This document shows, piece after piece, positions 1 through 9,286 of a stretch of DNA of 64,000 nt. The notes under the pieces were generated by a model, which saw only the letters and a list, made by a program, of their open reading frames with translations, was not told the origin of the DNA and did not search any database. This stretch comes from Candidatus Eiseniibacteriota bacterium (lineage in GTDB: Bacteria; Eisenbacteria; RBG-16-71-46; CAIMUX01; VGJL01): contig CAWBWI010000003.1 in NCBI GenBank assembly GCA_963792585.1, positions 1,268,292 to 1,332,291 of the forward strand, in the 5' to 3' direction. A program made the position numbers and the translations under genes. The first letter of the stretch is position 1. Every line of letters starts with the position of its first letter.

Positions 1-2
1 TG

Positions 3-380
3 ATGCTGAAGACGCTCCGTCTCTCGGGTCTCGCGCTGGGGGAGATGCACGAGGCGGGGAACGGCGTCGAAGGGTTGTCCGTGATCGCCAAGAACCGGAT
101 CGACCTCGTCCTGGTGGATATCAACATGCCGATCATGAACGGGCAGGAGATGATCGAGAACCTGAGGGCCAATCCCGCAACGGAAGGCCTCCCCGTGATC
201 GTCGTCTCGACGGATGCAAGCGCGAGCCGGGTGGACATGATGCGGAAGCATGGCGCCCAGTTCGTTCAGAAGCCATTTACCGCCGAAGAGCTTCGCGACA
301 AGGTCTTCGCCGTGACGGGAGCAAGCCATGACGAACTCGCTGACGAGAGAGCTGTTCAGGGCGACGGCCCTGACTTTTGA
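3..380 (+). CDS. CheY-like single-domain response regulator (5' end probably cut by the window edge)
   Basis: Receiver motifs EAGNG, DLVLVDINMP (phospho-Asp), VVST and KPFT; the N-terminal acidic pair is missing; directly upstream of cheX and cheB. Confidence 0.85.
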   Translation: MLKTLRLSGLALGEMHEAGNGVEGLSVIAKNRIDLVLVDINMPIMNGQEMIENLRANPATEGLPVIVVSTDASASRVDMMRKHGAQFVQKPFTAEELRDKVFAVTGASHDELADERAVQGDGPDF

Positions 381-810
381 CAGTCTCGCCTTCGCGATTG
401 TCTCCCCGGAGGTGCCGCCGGCCGACGTGGAGCCCCGTTTGGATGGGGCCGTCCAGGTCGGGTTCCACGGCTCCTTCGGCGGAAGGCTGGTCCTCGGTGT
501 GAGCGGCGGCATATTGCCCGGCCTCGCGGCGAACATGCTGGGGGATGAGGACTCCATGACGCCACGGGCGCAGTGGGATGCGCTGGGAGAGATGGCCAAC
601 GTCATCTGTGGAAACGTGCTGACGTGGATTGCGGGGAAGGAGAGCACGTTCCTCCTCGATGCTCCAAAGCGCGTTGGGGAGCCGGAGTTGATCGCTCCGC
701 CGGATGTCGAGACCGCGCGGATTCAACTCGGATTGGAGGAGGGGAGGGCCGATGTCCTCCTCGTCCTGGATCGGGCGCCGGCGCCGGTCGTGGAAGGCCC
801 CAACCCGTGA
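328..810 (+). CDS. cheX: CheX-family chemotaxis phosphatase
   Basis: CheC/CheX motif DALGEMANVICGN, VGFHGSFGGRLVL strand and AANMLG; lies in a che cluster. Confidence 0.85.
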   Translation: MTNSLTRELFRATALTFDSLAFAIVSPEVPPADVEPRLDGAVQVGFHGSFGGRLVLGVSGGILPGLAANMLGDEDSMTPRAQWDALGEMANVICGNVLTWIAGKESTFLLDAPKRVGEPELIAPPDVETARIQLGLEEGRADVLLVLDRAPAPVVEGPNP

Positions 811-1868
811 TTCGCGTATTGGTCGTCGATGATTCCGCCATCGTGCGGAAGAGCCTGACGGAACAGCTGAGCAAGCACGCGGATATCGAGGTGATCGGCG
901 CGGCCGTCGACCCCTATCACGCGCGCGAGATGATCGCGCAACTCAGGCCGGATGTGCTCACCCTGGATCTCGAAATGCCAAGGATGGACGGCCTCTCGTT
1001 CCTGGCCAAGCTGATGAAGCACTACCCGCTTCCCGTCGTGATCGTCAGTTCCCTGGCCCCGGAGCACAGCGAAACGGCAATCCGGGCATTTGAACTCGGG
1101 GCGGTGGAAGTCATATGCAAGCCGGGAGGCCAGCTGTCCTCGGCGGACATCGGGCGCAAGGTGGCGGAGGCGATCCGGGCGGCGGCAGTCTCTCGCCCGG
1201 CGCTGCGTCTACCGGTACCCGTGCGCAAGGAGCCGGAGGTCGGCGCGGAGCAGTCGACACTGCAACAGACCACAGACAAGGTGATTGCCATCGGAGCCTC
1301 GACGGGGGGGACGAATGCCCTCGAGGTGATACTGACGGATCTTCCGCCTCATCTTCCGGGCATCGTGGTCGTGCAGCACATGCCGGAGCACTTCACGGAA
1401 GCCTTTGCCAATCGGTTGAACACGGTCTGCTCGATGGAAGTGCGGGAGGCCCGCGACGGCGAGTGGATCACGAGGGGGGTCGCCCTGATCGCGCCGGGGA
1501 ATCACCATCTTCTGGTGCAGCGAAGCGGCGCCCGCTACGTGGCGCGCGTGAAGGACGGTCCCACGGTGCACCATCAACGCCCGGCCGTCGACGTGCTCTT
1601 CGATTCGGTCGCGGCCGCCGTCGGCCGGAACGCGCTCGGCGTGATCCTGACCGGTATGGGCGCGGACGGGGCGCAGGGGTTGCTCACCATGAAGCAGGCC
1701 GGCGCCCACACGCTGGCCCAAGACGAGCAGACGTCCATCGTCTTTGGCATGCCCAAGGAGGCCATCGCCCTGGGCGCGGCGGACGAGGTCGTGCCGCTCC
1801 AGATGATGGCTCCATCGATTTTGCGAGCCTTGAAGCAAATGGAGAAGGAAGAATCCAGGGCAGCTTAG
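807..1868 (+). CDS. cheB: Chemotaxis response regulator protein-glutamate methylesterase
   Basis: GTG start overlaps the cheX stop (GTGA). Receiver domain IRVLVVDDS...LDLEMPRMDG; catalytic motifs GASTGG, QHMP and LTGMGADG. Confidence 0.95.
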   Translation: MIRVLVVDDSAIVRKSLTEQLSKHADIEVIGAAVDPYHAREMIAQLRPDVLTLDLEMPRMDGLSFLAKLMKHYPLPVVIVSSLAPEHSETAIRAFELGAVEVICKPGGQLSSADIGRKVAEAIRAAAVSRPALRLPVPVRKEPEVGAEQSTLQQTTDKVIAIGASTGGTNALEVILTDLPPHLPGIVVVQHMPEHFTEAFANRLNTVCSMEVREARDGEWITRGVALIAPGNHHLLVQRSGARYVARVKDGPTVHHQRPAVDVLFDSVAAAVGRNALGVILTGMGADGAQGLLTMKQAGAHTLAQDEQTSIVFGMPKEAIALGAADEVVPLQMMAPSILRALKQMEKEESRAA

Positions 1869-1916
1869 CGGAGGCGACGCCCGACGCGACGACCGCGCCG
1901 GAGGGAGATACTGAGT

Positions 1917-2786
1917 ATGGCGATACCGGCTGACTTGCTGGAAAAGGTCCGGAACCTGGATCCGCTCCCCATCACGATCCAGAAGCTCTATCGGGAATCG
2001 GACCGAGAACGCCTCTCGATGGCGGATATGGCGACGATCATCGGCCTGGATCAGGCGGTCACCGCCAACATCCTCCGGGCTGCGAATTCCGCCCTCTTCG
2101 GGGGGATGAACCCGATCACCAACGTGCAGCAAGCCCTCGGCCGACTGGGCATGAACCGGATCCTGAACCTGGTCATAGGGGATCATCTTCGGAACTTGTA
2201 CGTCGATGCTCCCCAGTACGATCTGACGGAGAATGACCTGTGGCTGCACGGGGCCGTCGCGTCGCTCGCCGTCGAGGAACTCATCGCCGAGTCGCCGTCC
2301 TGCACCATCCCGGACGACGCAGCCACAGCGGCCGTGCTTCACGACATCGGGAAGCTCATCATCTCTCGCTACACGAAAGTCACCGCCGATCAATTGCGAA
2401 GGAAGTGCGACGACGAGGATATCAGCTTCGTCGAGGCGGAGCGGAGAGTCTTGGGATTCGATCACGCGGAAGTGGGGGCGGCGGTAGCGCGCAAGTGGTC
2501 CTTCTCGGAGTCACTGATCGACGCCATCCAGCAACATCACCAACCGCACCCCGAGAGTGCCTCGCCGACACTGGATGGGGTGATTCTGGGCAATCTAGTG
2601 GCAAAGACGCTGGGAGCCGGTCTTGGCGCCGAAGGGATGAACTTCGAGCTGGATCCCGGCTGCGCCCGCCGGCAGGGGATCACCTTTGCGCGTTTCTGCC
2701 GAGTCTGCGCGCGAACCGTGGACCGACTCGAAGCGGTCAAGTCGCTCTACGGCATCGGCGGGAATCTGCGCGCGCGGGCGGCGTAG
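1917..2786 (+). CDS. HDOD domain protein
   Basis: LDPLP, ILRAANSALF, ALGRLG, LWLHG, LHDIGKL and DHAEVGAAVARKWSF...QHH motifs; GGAG RBS upstream. Confidence 0.92.
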   Translation: MAIPADLLEKVRNLDPLPITIQKLYRESDRERLSMADMATIIGLDQAVTANILRAANSALFGGMNPITNVQQALGRLGMNRILNLVIGDHLRNLYVDAPQYDLTENDLWLHGAVASLAVEELIAESPSCTIPDDAATAAVLHDIGKLIISRYTKVTADQLRRKCDDEDISFVEAERRVLGFDHAEVGAAVARKWSFSESLIDAIQQHHQPHPESASPTLDGVILGNLVAKTLGAGLGAEGMNFELDPGCARRQGITFARFCRVCARTVDRLEAVKSLYGIGGNLRARAA

Positions 2787-2913
2787 ACCGCCCGCTCCGG
2801 CGAAGGCCGTCGCCCGAAGGGCGGTCCGGGAGAGGGTGTGATGATCTCCCCTTCGGAATCACGGTCGTTTGGAAGTACAATTTGAAGGGCCCTTTTCGGC
2901 GGAGGCCCTCGAC

Positions 2914-4440
2914 ATGCGTCCTTCCCGGTCGGTCCAGCTCTTGCTCGCCTTTGGAATCCTCGTTCTGGCGGCCCCACTCGCGCGCGCAACGATCATCGGA
3001 CGCGAAACCCGGCTCCTTCCTTTGGATCCCGGGGAGGGGGACAACACGGGCATCTCGGTGTCGGTTGATGGGGATGTCGCGATCGTCGGATCGGTCTTCC
3101 ACGACGGTCCCGGGATCGATGCAGGCGCTGCCTACGTCTATCGATACGGTGGCCTGGGCTGGAGCTTCGAGCAGGAGCTCCGGCCCGCCGACCCGGAGCC
3201 GGAGGATCGCTTCGGCCGAAGCGTCTCCGTCAGCGGCGATGTCGCCGTGATCGGCGCGTATCGGAGTGACGACGCAGGATCCGAGTCCGGCGCGGCGTAC
3301 ATCTACCGCTTCGACGGCGTGAGCTGGATCCAGGAACAGAAACTCACTGCCTCCGATGCCACGGCCGGCGACCGTTTCGGCTGCGGCGTTTCGATCCGGG
3401 GCGACATTGTGGCCGTTGGCGCCTACCGGGATGGCGATCTCGAACAGGGATCGGCCTACGTCTTTCGCTTCGACGGCGTGCGCTGGGGTGAGGAGCAGAA
3501 GCTCACGGCCGATCAACCGACGGCCTATGACTACTACGGGTTCTGTGTCTCGACGGACGGGGACCGCGTCGCCGTCGGCTGCGAGTGCGACGATGACCGG
3601 GGGGTCGATTCGGGATCGGCGACTCTCTACCGTCATGACGGTCAGAGTTGGACTCCCGAGGCGAAGCTCACATCGGGCGACGGCGCCCCGGAGGACTACT
3701 TCGGCCACTACATCTCGCTGAGAGCGGACGCGTGTGTCGTCGGGGCTTACGGCGACGATGGCGCGGGGTCGCAGTCCGGTTCCGCATATGTCTTCCGCCA
3801 CGACGGCTTCGGATGGGTCCAGGAGCAGAAGCTCACCGCCTCGGACGCAGCCCCCGGCGACGTCTTTGGTTGGAACGTGTCGATGTGCGGGGATGTCGCG
3901 CTGGTCGGCGCACAATGGAACACCGACGGCGGCGCGCTCCCGGGCGCCTCGTACCTCTTCCGCCGAGCCGGCACGACCTGGATCGAGGAGGCGAAGCTCG
4001 CCCCGACCGATGCCGCGCCGACGGCCCTGTTCGGATACGCGGGATCGGTCGGTGACCGTCACGTCCTCGTGGGGGCGCCATGGGACTCCGTGGGAGGAGT
4101 GGCATCCGGCGCCGCCTATGCATTCGATCTCATCGATCCCGCGGCTGCGGAGTTTCCTGCCGCGACCGCCCGCCGATTCGAATTGCGCGTCGAACCGAAT
4201 CCCGCGTCCTCGATGACGCGAATCGCGTTGACCGACAGGGGGCGCCGCGAATCTGACTTGGTGGCGATCCACGACGTGACCGGGCGTCTCGTGCGGACCC
4301 TTCGCCTGACGGAAGCTGGACGATCGATCCCGTGGGACGGGACGGACGCGCGGGGCGTGCCGCTGCCTTCAGGGGCGTACTACGCGTGGTTCTGCTCGAT
4401 GAGAGGCTCCGCGGGAGCCGTCATCGTCCTCTGCCGATAG
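2914..4440 (+). CDS. Secreted FG-GAP repeat beta-propeller with FlgD-Ig/T9SS-like C-terminal domain
   Basis: Signal peptide; about 7 repeats of FGxSVSxxGDxAxxGAxxDD...GxAYxF; C-terminal PNP...HDVTGRLVRTL...WDGTDARG..LPSGAYY. Confidence 0.9.
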   Translation: MRPSRSVQLLLAFGILVLAAPLARATIIGRETRLLPLDPGEGDNTGISVSVDGDVAIVGSVFHDGPGIDAGAAYVYRYGGLGWSFEQELRPADPEPEDRFGRSVSVSGDVAVIGAYRSDDAGSESGAAYIYRFDGVSWIQEQKLTASDATAGDRFGCGVSIRGDIVAVGAYRDGDLEQGSAYVFRFDGVRWGEEQKLTADQPTAYDYYGFCVSTDGDRVAVGCECDDDRGVDSGSATLYRHDGQSWTPEAKLTSGDGAPEDYFGHYISLRADACVVGAYGDDGAGSQSGSAYVFRHDGFGWVQEQKLTASDAAPGDVFGWNVSMCGDVALVGAQWNTDGGALPGASYLFRRAGTTWIEEAKLAPTDAAPTALFGYAGSVGDRHVLVGAPWDSVGGVASGAAYAFDLIDPAAAEFPAATARRFELRVEPNPASSMTRIALTDRGRRESDLVAIHDVTGRLVRTLRLTEAGRSIPWDGTDARGVPLPSGAYYAWFCSMRGSAGAVIVLCR

Positions 4441-4446
4441 GCCCCG

Positions 4447-4899
4447 CTACTTGCGCCCCGTGGATGGTGGATCGCGGTAGATCGTCCTGACGGATCCCCA
4501 GGTTCGCATCTCGATGGGCGTCGGGCAGTCGACTCTCGCCCGCAAGCTCGCCTCGAAGATCGGGGGATCGCCGGGCATCTCCACGGCGGTCAGAACATAC
4601 GGATACTCGCCGTTCGGAAGGGAAGCCCCTTCGTCATCGAGTCCATCCCAGATGACCGTGTGGTACCCCGCGGGGAGCCGCCCAGCCACCAAGGTCCGGA
4701 CCACCATCGTGCTGTCCGGATTCCAGACGGCCAGCGTCGCCTCGACCGTCACAGGCACGGCGAACGCGATCCTCGTCTGCCCGCAGAAAGGATTCGGCTC
4801 GTTCTGCTCGAGGGTGAACTCCGGCGGTGGTTGGGCGAAGGCGTCACCCGTGGACCCGAGCGAAAGGAGCAGCGCGAAGCACAGAGCAAACCAACGCAT
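4447..4899 (-). CDS. Small secreted protein: FlgD-Ig domain plus TWGSVRTIYR tail
   Basis: Signal peptide ending AFA; LEQNEPNPF...VRTLV...WDGLDDEG..LPNGEY; tail TPIEMRTWGSVRTIYR; GGAGGT RBS. Confidence 0.85.
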   Translation of the reverse strand: MRWFALCFALLLSLGSTGDAFAQPPPEFTLEQNEPNPFCGQTRIAFAVPVTVEATLAVWNPDSTMVVRTLVAGRLPAGYHTVIWDGLDDEGASLPNGEYPYVLTAVEMPGDPPIFEASLRARVDCPTPIEMRTWGSVRTIYRDPPSTGRK

Positions 4900-5062
4900 C
4901 GGTCACCTCCCAGCCTTCCAATTCTACGCCTCTTTGAAGTGGAATCGCAACGAGCCCGGGCCGCGACTCCGGTCTCCAGCCGATCCGGGCAATCGACGTC
5001 GATTCGGTGCTCTATACTCCAACCACGAAACGTGTCCACAGTTCCGTTCAAGGAGGACGCCC

Positions 5063-5986
5063 ATGAACACCGGCTCATCCCGTGCCATCCTTGTGACAGG
5101 CGCCAGCAGCGGCATCGGCAACCACCTGAGCCGCGCTCTGGCCGCAGCCGGGCATCGCGTCTTCGCGACGGCCCGCAAGGAGCGTGACCTCGCGGCGCTG
5201 GCCGCCATCGAGAACGTTGTGCCGCTGCGGCTCGACGTGCGCGACGCGCAGCAGGTGCGGGATGCCGCGGAGACGGTGACCCGGTCCGCCGGCGGACTCT
5301 ACGGCCTGGTCAACAACGCCGGGAGCGGGCAGCTCGGTCCCTGCTCCGCTTGGACCGACGAGGAACTCCTCGACATCTTCGATGTGAACGTCTTCGGCCC
5401 CTTCCGGATGACGAACGCCTTCGTCCGGATGCTGGTGGAATCCAAGGGGCGGGTGGTGAACATCGGCTCGCAGGGCGGAATGATCTCCAAGAAGTACTAC
5501 GGCCCCTACACGATGACCAAGCATGCGCTCGAAGCCTATACGGTTGCCCTGAGCGACGAGCTGACCCCGTACGGGGTGCGCGTCAGCATCGTCCAGCCGG
5601 GTGGAATCGCGAGTGCCATGGGCGAGAACTCCATGCCGGGAATGCTCGCGCGCTTCGAGCGCGTCGAGCCGCCCTTTCGGGAGGAGGCACAGGCGGTGAT
5701 CGAGGCCCTAAACCACCCGTACGAAGCCCCTCACGCGGATGTCGAGGAGTCGGAGACCAACCGCAAACCCTCCTCACCCGAAATCGTCACCCGCGCCGTC
5801 ATGGACGCTCTGTTCTCCGATCAGCCGAAGCTGCGTTACATGGTGGGCACCAGGTGGGAAGGCGACCGGGTCCTCCATGCCTTGGTCGAGAAGCTCCTGG
5901 ATGAGAATGACAGCCCATCGCACAACTACACGGAAACCGAGCTGATCGCGTTGCTGACCCGGAAGATCGCCGAGAGGCGCGGGTAG
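5063..5986 (+). CDS. Short-chain dehydrogenase/reductase (SDR)
   Basis: TGASSGIG, LVNNAG, catalytic YTMTK; AGGAGG RBS before the ATG at 5063. Confidence 0.93.
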   Translation: MNTGSSRAILVTGASSGIGNHLSRALAAAGHRVFATARKERDLAALAAIENVVPLRLDVRDAQQVRDAAETVTRSAGGLYGLVNNAGSGQLGPCSAWTDEELLDIFDVNVFGPFRMTNAFVRMLVESKGRVVNIGSQGGMISKKYYGPYTMTKHALEAYTVALSDELTPYGVRVSIVQPGGIASAMGENSMPGMLARFERVEPPFREEAQAVIEALNHPYEAPHADVEESETNRKPSSPEIVTRAVMDALFSDQPKLRYMVGTRWEGDRVLHALVEKLLDENDSPSHNYTETELIALLTRKIAERRG

Positions 5987-6033
5987 CGTCCTCTTCCGCG
6001 CGACCGGCTGACTCCCGTCTTCCGCCCGGAGTA

Positions 6034-6074
6034 TGACCTATGTCACTGCGCGTGCCCGGGTCCTCCCATAGACT
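6034..6074 (+). promoter_or_regulatory. Putative Crp/Fnr-family class II promoter
   Basis: Palindrome TGAC-CTAT-GTCA (6034-6045) and -10-like TAGACT (6069-6074). The spacing places the site at -41.5 for a start near 6081. Confidence 0.55.
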
Positions 6075-6103
6075 GCCCCATTGAACCATGGGAGGACGGG
6101 AAC

Positions 6104-7354
6104 ATGAGCGAACTGATCGACAACGCGAGGCGACGGAAGGATCTGCTGAAGCACATGATCCTTCAGCTGCACGAAGGGCATGCGCCGGAGCAGGTCCGCA
6201 CGCAACTGACGCGTATGCTGGGCCAGGTTCCATACGGCGACGTGGTCGAGGTCGAGCAGGAACTGATCGAAGAAGGACTGCCGTCCGAGGAGATCTTGCG
6301 TCTGTGCGATCTCCACCACGCGGCGCTCGAGGGATCGATCGATCTGAGTCATGCGCGAACGGCTCCGCCGGGGCATCCGGTCCACACTTTCCAGCAAGAG
6401 AATCGCGCCCTCGAGTGGGAGATCAAGGAACTTGGAAAACTCTGCGCCGAAGTCATCGCCCTTCCTGACGATGCGGGGGCGAGCGAGCTGATGGGGTCGG
6501 TCCGCGGAAGGTTCAACAACCTGATGGATGTGGAGAAGCACTATCTCCGGAAGGAGAACCTCCTCTTCCCATATCTGGAGAAGAAGGGGATCACGGGTCC
6601 GCCAAAGGTCATGTGGGGCAAGCACGATGAGACGCGTGCCATGCTGAAAGGGGCGATGAGCGCGTTGACGGCAGTCGACCAATTCACTGCGGGGGAGGCA
6701 CGGGGCGTCATCCAAATCCTGGCCGAACCGGGCTTTCGATCCGTATCCGAGATGATCGACAAGGAGGAGCAGATCCTCCTTCCCATGTGCCTCGACACGC
6801 TGACCGAGGCCGAATGGTACGCCATTTCCCGGCAGAGTCCGGAGATCGGTTTCTGCCTGTACGATCCGTCGGAGGACTGGATTCCCGAGGGAATCGGGAC
6901 GGAGGCGGAATCGCCGGACAAGGCCGGGCGGGTGCAACTTCCCTCCGGCAGCATGACGCCGGTCGAGCTGGCGGCGATTCTGAACGCGATCCCCTTCGAC
7001 CTCACCTTCGTCGATCGTGATGACACGGTCCGTTACTTCACTCAGGGACGTGAAAGAATCTTCTCGCGCAGCCGGGCGATCCTCGGCCGTCAGGTCCAAT
7101 ACTGCCATCCTCCAGGAAGCGTGCACATCGTCCAGCAGATCCTCGACGACTTTCGATCTTCGGCGCACGATCGTGCCGCCTTCTGGATCACGATGAAGGA
7201 GCGATTCGTCCACATCGAGTATTTCGCGCTGCGTGACCCGAAGGGAGACTATCTCGGTTGCCTCGAGGTGAGCCAGGACCTGACCGAGAAGCGCGCTTTG
7301 ACGGGGGAGCAGCGGCTGCTCTCCTACGCCGACTCGGGGGTGGATCATGCCTGA
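6104..7354 (+). CDS. DUF438 / hemerythrin-like / PAS domain protein
   Basis: LRLCDLH, GHPVHTFQQEN, HYLRKENLLFP, VMWGKHDE and KEEQIL motifs; PAS region PFDLTFVD...CHPP; GGAGG RBS. Confidence 0.9.
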   Translation: MSELIDNARRRKDLLKHMILQLHEGHAPEQVRTQLTRMLGQVPYGDVVEVEQELIEEGLPSEEILRLCDLHHAALEGSIDLSHARTAPPGHPVHTFQQENRALEWEIKELGKLCAEVIALPDDAGASELMGSVRGRFNNLMDVEKHYLRKENLLFPYLEKKGITGPPKVMWGKHDETRAMLKGAMSALTAVDQFTAGEARGVIQILAEPGFRSVSEMIDKEEQILLPMCLDTLTEAEWYAISRQSPEIGFCLYDPSEDWIPEGIGTEAESPDKAGRVQLPSGSMTPVELAAILNAIPFDLTFVDRDDTVRYFTQGRERIFSRSRAILGRQVQYCHPPGSVHIVQQILDDFRSSAHDRAAFWITMKERFVHIEYFALRDPKGDYLGCLEVSQDLTEKRALTGEQRLLSYADSGVDHA

Positions 7355-7664
7355 TGCGAGAGCCATGGGACCCATCACCCCGGACACGAAAGTCGGCGAT
7401 CCAGTCGATGACCGCGCTCCCGATTGGACGCAAGACGAGACGGTCGCGAAGTCCTTCGACGCCCGGGGAGTGATCGAATCGGGTGGGCATCCGATGGAGC
7501 GGGTCATGAAGGATCTCGCCGGACTGACGGCCGGAAATGTGTATGAGCTTGTGACGCCTTTCGTGCCGGCGCCCCTCGTTGATCTCGCACGGGCGAAGGG
7601 GTTCGAGGGTTACAGCTACAAAGATAGCCCGGGTGTCGTCCGCACCCGGTTCCGGCGATCCTGA
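7347..7664 (+). CDS. DUF1858/DUF2249-type partner protein, apparently shortened
   Basis: Overlaps the DUF438 gene stop. Starts ITPDTKVGD, then DARGVIESGGHP...LVTPFVPAPLVD..KGF. Confidence 0.65.
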   Translation: MPDARAMGPITPDTKVGDPVDDRAPDWTQDETVAKSFDARGVIESGGHPMERVMKDLAGLTAGNVYELVTPFVPAPLVDLARAKGFEGYSYKDSPGVVRTRFRRS

Positions 7665-7936
7665 TCGGAGCGGGCTGGGGCGGAACGCCATGGGGGAGTC
7701 GATCCACTTGGGTGCACACGGCCCCCGTGCTGTGTGGATGCGCAATGCGTCCTTTCCGTTGCTTTGAGATCGCCGAGTCGACAGAAATGGCGCGAATGGG
7801 CGTTGAACATCGGTAGGGCAAGGCGTTACACGCGACCGCGCGCGCGGAAGTCATCGCATCGAGCATTGGCGCTGTACGGTAAGGAGGAAGATACGCGGGA
7901 AATCGGATGCGCGGCAGCGCGCCGACGCACGGGTGC

Positions 7937-7965
7937 TTGACTGCCGGCCGGCAACGTCGTTTAAT
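7937..7965 (+). promoter_or_regulatory. Putative sigma70 promoter
   Basis: TTGACT-17 bp-TTTAAT, about 155 nt upstream of the ATG at 8121. Confidence 0.55.
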
Positions 7966-8120
7966 CTCTCCGCTGGTTCTGGGTCCCTCACAGAGATGCG
8001 CGGCCAAGCTCGGACCGCGTGGCGCGACCCGGAGTCCGCATGGATGTTCCTTGGTCGAATCCGATGGCCGCGCGATCCAAGGACAGCAGTCGGCGCACCC
8101 GCCCACCTCAGGAGGTGTCT

Positions 8121-9083
8121 ATGCAGAGATTTGTTAGAGGAGTCGCCGCGCTCGCATGTTTGGGGATTCTGGTCTTGCCCCAAATTGCGGTTGCCCAGTA
8201 CTCACAGGACTTCGAAGGGCTGAGTGGATCAGCCGCCGGCGTGGTCCTGACCGGGCAGGATGGCTACTACCTTCCCGGTGGAGTTACGAATACCGACTTT
8301 CTGTGCTACACATACGCGGGAAACGCCCTCGGAATCGTCCAGAATCCCGAGGGGGGCGCCCAGTTCATCGGTGGCACAGGCCCCGGTGATGGCGTCACGT
8401 ACGCCCGCGCGGAACGCGGCGTGAATCTCGGCCCAGGCCGCTGGGAACTCTGGTACGACTTCTGCGGGATCTACACCGGGGCCCCTCCGGGATCGAACAA
8501 TCTCGGGAGCTTCTCCTTGCGCCAGGCCTCCGCGAACACCGTGCACATCAACCTCTTCACATGGGTCGACCCCAACAACCCCACGGCGATCAACTCGACC
8601 TACGTAGCGTATGACGCGGGCGGCACCCAGTTCCCGATCCCGGGAACCCCGCCGGGGCCGGAGTGGGCGAATCTCATGCCCAACCACTGGTATCGCTGCC
8701 GGACCGTCGTGGACCTCGACGCGAATACGATCGTTGAGGTCGGGATCCGCGATCTATCAGGTGGCGGTGAGGCCGTGTACATCCCTACCGGCTGGTATCT
8801 CATCGGAGGGGCCGGGGGTTTTGCTCCGCCTGATGGAATCCGGTTCTTCGGCGGCGGTGGGACGCAGGGGAACACCACGTGTTGGGACAACGCGATCGTC
8901 CGCGAGGCAGTCAGCGTCCCTCAGGGCGCCTGCTGTCTGCCCGGCGGCGGTTGCCTGATCACTACAGAGGCTGATTGCCAGGGCGAGTACCAGGGTGATG
9001 ACTCCGTCTGCGATCCGAATCCGTGCGAACCGTCGCCGGTTCAGCGGATCACCTGGGGCGCTCTGAAGAACCAGTACCGCTAG
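8121..9083 (+). CDS. Secreted protein with GACC Cys module and TWGALKNQYR tail
   Basis: GGAGGT RBS; signal peptide ending AVA; GACCLP..C..C.G.YQGD..CDPNPC module; ends SPVQRITWGALKNQYR. Confidence 0.85.
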   Translation: MQRFVRGVAALACLGILVLPQIAVAQYSQDFEGLSGSAAGVVLTGQDGYYLPGGVTNTDFLCYTYAGNALGIVQNPEGGAQFIGGTGPGDGVTYARAERGVNLGPGRWELWYDFCGIYTGAPPGSNNLGSFSLRQASANTVHINLFTWVDPNNPTAINSTYVAYDAGGTQFPIPGTPPGPEWANLMPNHWYRCRTVVDLDANTIVEVGIRDLSGGGEAVYIPTGWYLIGGAGGFAPPDGIRFFGGGGTQGNTTCWDNAIVREAVSVPQGACCLPGGGCLITTEADCQGEYQGDDSVCDPNPCEPSPVQRITWGALKNQYR

Positions 9084-9286
9084 TTCCGACCGAATCAACC
9101 CATCGACCGATCCGGGAGCCCGGGGCGACGAGCCTCGGGCTCCTGTCTGAGAGGCTTCCATCGACTGCGCCCCTGTGTGAATGCCGTTCCTCCCCGCACT
9201 GGACGGAAGAAAGGAAGAGGCGATCCTCTTCACCTGGAAGAAGATCGCCCCACTGAATCAGAGGCTTGACCTAGGGTCGTTCCATA

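Noticed and set aside
328..380. 53-bp overlap between the cheY-like gene and cheX
   Set aside because: Both frames read as plausible proteins and overlaps are common in che operons; no sign of recoding.
573..806. Longer N-terminus for cheB in the ORF track
   Set aside because: It overlaps cheX; the receiver domain starts at the GTG at 807.
4514..5062. N-terminal extension of the SDR ORF
   Set aside because: It is antisense to the 4447-4899 gene; the RBS and Rossmann motif support a start at 5063.
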